Assembly (NCBI RefSeq): GCF_001194135.2
Contig: NC_068981.1
Location: 129,356,967-129,420,966 of the forward strand
Direction of reading: 5' to 3'
Length of the DNA: 64,000 bases
From: Octopus bimaculoides
Lineage: Eukaryota
Part shown: positions 59,169 to 64,000 of the stretch, one piece after another
How positions within the stretch are numbered: the first letter of the stretch is position 1
Layout: each line of letters opens with the position of its first letter
Made by a program: the position numbers and the translations under genes
The notes under the pieces: model-generated
Database searches by the model: none
Told to the model about the DNA's origin: nothing
Seen by the model: the letters and a program-made list of their open reading frames with translations, nothing else

Positions 59169-61684
59169 AATATCAACTGTTCCAGAATATGGTTTGTTAA
59201 CGAAATTGTTTCTTACAGAGTAACTGAAATACATATAAGTAGGGGTAACCCCACATAAAGATGTGAGAAGATGTATTTGCAAATCTATCAATAGCAAGAA
59301 CTAGAAAAGCACTGAGAGAGCACAGACCTTCATCAAGCAGCCCATTTCCACCCATACACACGCATGCTGAAAATCGCCCAATTTCCCAAACCAATGCTGG
59401 CAAAAACATAACCTCCTTGGCGGGGTTCAAAAAAGAAATTACACAGCCATACCGATACTATTTTATCCTCCTCCCATATTTATCTCGGACATCATCATCA
59501 ACACTGTCTCTGCTTTCACCACAATCACCACAATCAGTTTCTTTATAGAGTTGAAAATCCATTATCTGATACTCATGGGACTGAGATTGTTGCAGATTAT
59601 TGATTTTTCTAATTTCGGAGTGCTTTATTAAAAAAAAAAAAATTAAAAAAAAAAAAAAAGCATCTACAAAACAGAACAGTTTGAGGATAGAAACCAGGTC
59701 TAAACACAATAGCTTATAGACATACTCTGAATGTAGTTCTATATAAATCTTTAATAATTTTTTTTATACTTAAGACCATCAGAAATGTTAAGATATCAGC
59801 CTTTACCCACGTTGTCATGCTTTGAGTAAAAGGTTACAGCATAGATTAGATTACTTAGATAAGTTTCAGCTGAAGTGGACTCAGGCCATGTCTAATTCAA
59901 TAGTACCACCTGGAAGCTATTGACCACCATGTCTAATTCAATAGCACACAGTCAGCCCTGGGGAACTGTAGCCCATTCAAGCAGAGGGTTATTGTTTTCA
60001 GAGACATATCTGGGTGTGGGTGGTTTATCTGGTATTTGTTGGGGGTAATCATCTAGGGATCGTTTGAATGTCATAAAGTCACTTTCCTCCTTTATGTGTG
60101 TCTGGCACGACGTTGAAGAGAGCAGGGCCAATTGAGGTGAAATAGTTCTGTCACAGTGTTGTGATACGACAGGAACATTTCTGTAGTGGATGGATGGCAC
60201 GGGGGCTAAGCCTCGGACGAATTTTAAAGATGGGCAATGTTGATGGAATATTTTCCACATACAGATGATATAGAGCTCACAGCGGCAGTGGAGGGAGCAA
60301 AGACTGAGCTTTTTGAGTTGATCCCAATAGTCAAGGCTTGTCATGTCATCCTCCACAGACCTCCGCCAAGCAGCTCATTTTAAGATAGATACAAGAGTAA
60401 AATTACTAATAGAGAAACGAAAATAAACTTCGGAAACAGCAATGCCACTGTAGGTTACGTGGAAACGATGAACGTGTTTTCAAGGGAGATAATCAAAGAA
60501 CGTAACATTGCAATACTTCATTTGAAGTAAATATAACAAATGAAAAATCCTTCAAGAATCCATAAAAATTCCTGTATCACTACCAAAATTTCATCGGCTG
60601 TGTGGTAAGTAGCTTGCTTACCAACCACATAGTTCCGGGTTCAGTCCCACTGCATGGCACCTTGGGCAAGTATCTTCTACTATAGCCTCGGGCCAATCAA
60701 AGCCTTGTGAGTGGATTTGGTAGACGGAAACTGAAAGAAGCCCATCGTATATATGTATATGTATGTATGTATGTGTGTGTTTGTCCCTCCAACATTGCTT
60801 GACAACCGATGCTGGTGTGTTTACGTTCCCGTAACTTAGCGGTTCGGCAAAAGAAACCGATTGAATAAGTACTAGGTTTACAAATAATAAGTCCTGGGGT
60901 CGATTCCTTCGACTAAAGGCGGTGGTCCAGCATGGTCGCAGTCGAATGACTGAAACAAGTAAAAGAGTAATCTGTTCCTTATGTCATTACCAACCTTTCC
61001 TGCAAGTTTCATCAAATACTGTTCACAACTTTGAGTTATTTTGCACAGACGGACAAACCAAAGCCCATGAAAACATAACCTCCTCCTTTTCGGAGGTAAA
61101 TATATGTGTAAGTGTATATACATACACAAGGGTTTTTCTTTCCCCTTTAGTCTTGCTTCTGACAATCCATGGTTAGGTTTTCCGGTATAAAATATGAAAA
61201 TTTGCAAGCTACATGAAATGCTTACATGAATGTTAAGCCATTTGTAAATATACTGTCCGAGCTGTTTATATGCATGAAATAGTCTACTTGTGATTTGTTG
61301 TTCAAGAAAACTGTTCATTACACAATTTTTTTCATTTAGCAAACCATTCATACATGCTCTGCCAGCACTTATACGTACACACAGACTACTCTTGGTTTAT
61401 TGTACAAATTTTACACTGGCTAAATGAATGAGATCTCAATCACTATATGCATGTATAGTCTGTGGTTTGTTGATCAAATTTCAGCTGGTGTAAGTTCACC
61501 TTTTTTCAGAAAGAACATACATATCTATACATATACACACCATTATCATTTAACATCCATGTTCCATGGTGGCATGTGTTGAATGGTTTGACAGGATTGG
61601 TTAGGTCTAGCGGTTGCATTTTGCATAAGTGTCTACTTTGGCAAAGTTTCTAGCTTCCTAATGCCAACCATTTTACAAGACATT

Positions 61685-61715
<31 letters not shown>

Positions 61716-63844
61716 TATCATGCAGTTGAAGGTTTAAAATGCCCTGTATGATATACATAGCTTTGTACATAAACATGAGTATGCATATATATATATATAT
61801 ATANNNNNNNNNNNNNNNNNNNNNNNNNNNNNNNNNNNNNNNNNNNNNNNNNNNNNNNNNNNNNNNNNNNNNNNNNNNNNNNNNNNNNNNNNNNNNNNNN
61901 NNNNNNNNNNNNNNNNNNNNNNNNNNNNNNNNNNNNNNNNNNNNNNNNNNNNNNNNNNNNNNNNNNNNNNNNNNNNNNNNNNNNNNNNNNNNNNNNNNNN
62001 NNNNNNNNNNNNNNNNNATAGATGAAGTATATTTGCCACTTAAATGTGGCTGACCTCTAAGGGTGGATGTTACTGTTGCTTTTAGCCCTAGGAGAACATC
62101 TCCTCCAGCTGGCTATTGACACACATCTGTGTCCTGTCTGTATTTGCAAAGGAAGTCATCCTTCCCATCATGATCTGCAATACGCACGGACTCGAGTTTC
62201 TGGGTATTTACCCGTCCTCAGCGTACGACNNNNNNNNNNNNNNNNNNNNNNNNNNNNNNNNNNNNNNNNNNNNNNNNNNNNNNNNNNNNNNNNNNNNNNN
62301 NNNNNNNNNNNNNNNNNNNNNNNNNNNNNTTAGTAAATGAAGTAAAATGCATATGTTAAATGAATTCTTTTATTTCCAATATATGTTTTGAAGATTACAA
62401 GATGTACCTTCCAAAGGAATAGGTGATGCTGATAAGGATGTAATCTTCTCCTCAGGGAAATACATAGGAACCAGCTTAACCCCAAGACATTTTAACCAAA
62501 TGTGATAACTGTAGTTAGAGAAGATTGCTACGTAACTTATTTGAAAAAAACCTTTGGAGGTTGGAACGTATGTATTATATATTTGTATATATATATGTAT
62601 TATATATTTGTATGCAAGTAGCATTCTTTGTTTCCAATCTGCCATGAAAACATGTCCAGTTATGGAGAATATTAACTTATTTGGAAAAGGCAAGAGTTGG
62701 TGACAAGAATGGCATTGGCTGTAGAAAGACTGTCTAAAATTGCGCCCCACCCATGCAAGCATGGAAAAGTGGATATTGAAATGATATACACATATACATA
62801 TATTCACACATTTATACACAAACACACACACTAGTGCATCTTGGTAATATATGTTGAATCTACACTCCTGAAAAAAATCACTAAGCAAACTGCAAGCAAT
62901 CTGAAATTGAAGCAATTTCTCAGTGAAATATATTAATATATCACACTAAAACACATTTTCGTTTCAATTGTCTGTAGTACAACAAAGAATTTTCAAAGAA
63001 ACCACCAGCTCTAAGATGAAGAAACTAAAAAGTGAAATCATACAGCAGCTTTTTCATAGAAGACTCCAACGAATGTATGTCATTTTTTTTTAAAGATACC
63101 ATAAACTTCCCAGGTAAGCCAAGTTTCATTAATAGAGCATGATAAATTGACAAAGACTGTTTAGATATCTGTAGTACATCGTTAAACTTGGTCAACTATA
63201 TTTGGATATGTTTCACTGTATACAGGTAGGTATATATATTTTGAAGCACATTAAATGCTTATAAACCTTTTTACCACATCTTTACATATCTAGAAGTTTT
63301 AGTTATTCTCTTGAATTTCATTGTATGTAACTGCTAGCCTGAAATACTTCTGCATATAAAAGGATAAGGATGAATCAATATATGATAAAAGATTCTTTTT
63401 CTTCCCTCATCTCTCCATCACTACCCCAGGTATGATCAACAGTTGGAGAATTTTCAGTTGCATCTGCAATGTCACCTCATATGTACTTTGACTGTTTAGA
63501 AAACAAGTCAGTATTAGTTACACTAACTAGTGTATGCACAAATCTTAACTAGTACAATATGTATGAATAATGCACACAGAGGATATAGTAATTAGAGAGA
63601 AAATATTACTTAGAGCTAAGCCAAAGAAGGATTACAGTGAAATAGTGAGGCTAGGTTAGAAATTTGGGTCTATATAAAACTGAAACACAAATTCTAGAGA
63701 TAATGAAAATAAGAAAAGGAAACAACTAACCTGATATTTAAAAGACCCTTGGGTTGTGTGAATATATAATGTATTTTCAACTGGGCCAACCTGACGCGCT
63801 AGAAATACAACATCAAATGTTGTGTTTCCTCCAGGAGGAACCAT
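17935..63844 (-). CDS. TMEM131: Transmembrane protein 131 (RW1), 3' ~1720 codons in 33 exons; 5' end beyond window
   Basis: All listed exons have GT-AG boundaries and chain in frame (sum 5163 nt). Motifs match TMEM131 from recall: [64 protein letters not shown] followed by a TM helix. Confidence 0.93.
18189..18558 (-). mobile_element. tRNA-derived SINE, family C, well preserved
   Basis: Head ggcgcaatggcccagtggttagggcagcggactc...ggtttcaattc with A and B boxes; a body fragment recurs near 22500. Confidence 0.8.
18905..19190 (+). mobile_element. tRNA-derived SINE, family A
   Basis: ggctgtatagtaagaagtttgcttccc...gactgaaacaag. Confidence 0.7.
19330..19620 (-). mobile_element. tRNA-derived SINE, family A
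   Basis: Inverted relative to 18905-19190. Confidence 0.7.
20009..20236. mobile_element. piggyBac-like MITE
   Basis: ttga-ccctttagcatt ... ctaaaggg-ttaa. Confidence 0.6.
21206..21321 (-). CDS. TMEM131: TMEM131 exon
   Basis: NWPNF...[12 protein letters not shown]...TSSF. Confidence 0.75.
21411..21494 (-). CDS. TMEM131: TMEM131 exon
   Basis: [10 protein letters not shown]...YKVKS. Confidence 0.7.
22723..22859 (-). CDS. TMEM131: TMEM131 exon
   Basis: [10 protein letters not shown]...SMSPSA; phase 2 to 1. Confidence 0.75.
22910..23245 (-). mobile_element. tRNA-derived SINE, family A
   Basis: Full-length reverse copy; a partial copy lies at 26145-26290. Confidence 0.72.
24211..24612. mobile_element. 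Foldback insertion (SINE/Penelope-like end in two inverted copies) with 9-bp TSD
   Basis: agggatgtg at 24202-24210 and 24613-24621; arms invert about 24430-24450. Confidence 0.7.
24857..24927 (+). pseudogene. tRNA-Met(CAT)-like degenerate sequence
   Basis: D-stem GCTT/AAGC, loop tgCATaa, T-stem GTGAG/CTCAT, B box GTTCGAGTC; anticodon and acceptor stems imperfect. Confidence 0.6.
25305..25521. mobile_element. piggyBac-like MITE
   Basis: TTAA-ccctttagcatt ... aatgccagaggg-TTAA. Confidence 0.7.
26537..26609 (-). CDS. TMEM131: TMEM131 exon
   Basis: [23 protein letters not shown]; ttccag| and |gtaagt. Confidence 0.72.
26828..27408. mobile_element. 581-bp MITE, Merlin-like
   Basis: 37-bp TIRs starting GGATC with one mismatch; exact 8-bp TSD ttgaagac (26820-26827, 27409-27416). 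Confidence 0.85.
27614..27970 (-). CDS. TMEM131: TMEM131 Ser-rich exon
   Basis: [14 protein letters not shown]...DHGLS; donor CAG|gtatta chosen because it fits the next exon's phase. Confidence 0.78.
28085..28171 (-). CDS. TMEM131: TMEM131 exon
   Basis: DNASSRSE...[11 protein letters not shown]. Confidence 0.8.
28388..28530 (-). CDS. TMEM131: TMEM131 exon
   Basis: [10 protein letters not shown]...YTTSSE; phase 2 to 1. Confidence 0.8.
29270..29484 (-). CDS. TMEM131: TMEM131 exon
   Basis: NCSREAS...TYGGNIWKP; phase 0 to 2. Confidence 0.8.
29540..29735 (-). mobile_element. tRNA-derived SINE, family B
   Basis: Homologous to 3225-3420. Confidence 0.65.
29965..30128 (-). CDS. TMEM131: TMEM131 exon
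   Basis: QTSKNGK...[17 protein letters not shown]. Confidence 0.85.
30362..30492 (-). mobile_element. RTE-type 3' tail repeat, young copy
   Basis: (cat)n-cgtttaacgtccgctttccatgctagcatgggttggacg; close inverse of 52610-52757. Confidence 0.75.
30940..31868 (-). CDS. TMEM131: TMEM131 large exon containing the transmembrane helix
   Basis: FTPDFT...[33 protein letters not shown] followed by polar tail. Confidence 0.93.
31955..32150 (-). CDS. TMEM131: TMEM131 exon
   Basis: [16 protein letters not shown]...CEGYGFKV. Confidence 0.92.
32657..32796 (-). CDS. TMEM131: TMEM131 exon
   Basis: [15 protein letters not shown]...HLKNCD. Confidence 0.92.
33318..33484 (-). CDS. TMEM131: TMEM131 exon
   Basis: PNSQLH...[15 protein letters not shown]...SLIII. 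Confidence 0.88.
33652..33736 (-). CDS. TMEM131: TMEM131 exon
   Basis: LASDLSDY...HSYST; phase 2 to 0 fits neighbours. Confidence 0.82.
34463..35325. mobile_element. Tc1/mariner-superfamily foldback element made of two transposase 3' ends
   Basis: Arms about 34463-34826 and 34965-35325; termini (ta)cagtgtcccaaaag / cttttgggacacc; + frame WFQQD..TAH...[13 protein letters not shown]. Confidence 0.85.
35622..35731 (-). CDS. TMEM131: TMEM131 exon
   Basis: [17 protein letters not shown]...YPNP. Confidence 0.92.
35966..36101 (-). CDS. TMEM131: TMEM131 exon
   Basis: [10 protein letters not shown]...LYWP...[11 protein letters not shown]. Confidence 0.9.
36201..36318 (-). CDS. TMEM131: TMEM131 exon
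   Basis: GHQWLLGL...[13 protein letters not shown]. Confidence 0.85.
36958..37035. repeat. (TA)n microsatellite
   Basis: Perfect run; others near 37497 and 50227. Confidence 0.95.
38343..38418 (-). CDS. TMEM131: TMEM131 exon
   Basis: [25 protein letters not shown]. Confidence 0.92.
38656..41591 (+). mobile_element. Decayed hAT (Buster/Charlie-type) DNA transposon, 2936 bp
   Basis: Exact 8-bp TSD ccctaaag (38648-38655, 41592-41599); TIR tttgggaaacactg with degenerate left partner; peptides [42 protein letters not shown] split by stops and frameshifts. Confidence 0.9.
39745..41200 (+). pseudogene. Disrupted Buster-type hAT transposase
   Basis: ORF pieces 39745-40287, 40423-40914 and 40939-41268 are consecutive parts of one transposase. 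Confidence 0.88.
41758..41910 (-). CDS. TMEM131: TMEM131 exon
   Basis: GKIPYKVL...DSRFYY...LEPLKYNR. Confidence 0.9.
42325..43045 (+). mobile_element. RTE LINE 3' remnant with 3' UTR
   Basis: LHWFGHVM...[17 protein letters not shown], then tail ending gatgatgat. Confidence 0.75.
42737..42914. repeat. 178-bp near-identical copy of 34648-34826
   Basis: About three differences by eye; no transposon ends. Confidence 0.85.
43349..43435 (-). CDS. TMEM131: TMEM131 exon
   Basis: [15 protein letters not shown]...VYP. Confidence 0.88.
44212..44316 (-). CDS. TMEM131: TMEM131 exon
   Basis: [17 protein letters not shown]...TQFQ. Confidence 0.88.
45550..45672 (-). CDS. TMEM131: TMEM131 exon
   Basis: IVIAEF...GIEKGNGTT...DTDP. 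Confidence 0.85.
46005..46115 (-). CDS. TMEM131: TMEM131 exon
   Basis: VIHHRPEK...LDFGTTG...NNNPVN. Confidence 0.88.
46235..46405 (-). CDS. TMEM131: TMEM131 exon
   Basis: IRNFSKPV...[18 protein letters not shown]. Confidence 0.9.
47939..48089 (-). CDS. TMEM131: TMEM131 exon
   Basis: [11 protein letters not shown]...[16 protein letters not shown]...YFS. Confidence 0.88.
48197..48302 (-). CDS. TMEM131: TMEM131 exon
   Basis: [16 protein letters not shown]...IPYQVNVLH. Confidence 0.88.
49769..49877 (-). CDS. TMEM131: TMEM131 exon
   Basis: [17 protein letters not shown]...ITFR. Confidence 0.88.
51541..51659 (-). CDS. TMEM131: TMEM131 exon
   Basis: [19 protein letters not shown]...HVT. Confidence 0.92.
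52610..52757 (+). mobile_element. RTE-type 3' tail repeat, young copy
   Basis: ttggcattaggaagggcatccagc...ggacgttaaac(gat)n. Confidence 0.75.
54420..54570 (-). CDS. TMEM131: TMEM131 exon
   Basis: EIPPYETK...[11 protein letters not shown]...LPVEVEVTS. Confidence 0.92.
54729..54951. mobile_element. piggyBac-like MITE
   Basis: Perfect 12-bp TIR ccctttagcatt / aatgctaaaggg, ending ttaa. Confidence 0.7.
55850..56650 (+). mobile_element. Decayed RTE reverse transcriptase remnant
   Basis: [13 protein letters not shown] and [16 protein letters not shown] in broken frames. Confidence 0.75.
57224..57304 (-). CDS. TMEM131: TMEM131 exon
   Basis: [18 protein letters not shown]...LW. Confidence 0.92.
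58730..58852 (-). CDS. TMEM131: TMEM131 exon
   Basis: [14 protein letters not shown]...STLQ. Confidence 0.92.
59950..60360 (-). mobile_element. CR1/L2-type LINE 3' remnant
   Basis: [15 protein letters not shown]...YIICMWKI and FKRSLD..QQIPDKP. Confidence 0.7.
60596..60968 (+). mobile_element. tRNA-derived SINE, family A, well preserved
   Basis: ggctgtgtggtaag...gggttcagtccc head, internal (TATG)/(TG) tract, tail gactgaaacaagtaaaagag. Confidence 0.8.
63731..63844 (-). CDS. TMEM131: TMEM131 exon
   Basis: [17 protein letters not shown]...FKYQ. Confidence 0.92.
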
Positions 63845-64000
63845 CTGTAAGAGATAGAATAAGAATTTATTACAAATCAGATTCTACAAAGAAATAAAAG
63901 ATTAATTAATTTTCATTAATTCACTCAATGATAGTTTTAATTGACAAAAACAAAGTAATAATTATGTGGTAGTGATGATAACCCAGAAAGGATACACGAC

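Noticed and set aside
59886-59944. 18-bp direct repeat with 23-bp spacer, CRISPR-like look
   Set aside because: Only two copies, eukaryotic context, at the 3' end of a CR1-like remnant
61040-61100. ataacctcc...ggaggtaa hairpin (related motif near 59405) as a Helitron/Helentron end
   Set aside because: Element boundaries and partner ends could not be defined

Overview
AT-rich, intron-containing animal genomic DNA. The repeat landscape (tRNA-derived SINEs, RTE-type tails ending in (ATG)n, long (TA)n) suggests an octopod cephalopod; this is inference. Two convergent host genes are present. A 3-exon alpha-tubulin lies on + (ATG 6094; 9087-9309; 10402-11537; 453 aa, ending EEEEF). The 3' ~1720 codons of TMEM131 lie on - in 33 frame-consistent GT-AG exons from 63844 down to the stop at 17935, and its 5' end is beyond the window. 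The rest is transposon debris: an L1/Tx1 fragment, RTE and CR1 remnants, a decayed Buster-type hAT with exact 8-bp TSD, a mariner foldback, Merlin-like and piggyBac-like MITEs and several SINE families. The most notable observation is a pair of minimal type I hammerhead-ribozyme motifs on the minus strand (257-299, 587-627) whose helix-I arms pair perfectly only across the two copies, as expected for a dimeric ribozyme. A second, decayed hammerhead-bearing foldback is inserted into a tRNA-Met-like tandem/inverted repeat at 23.6-25.0 kb. Six N gaps limit visibility.
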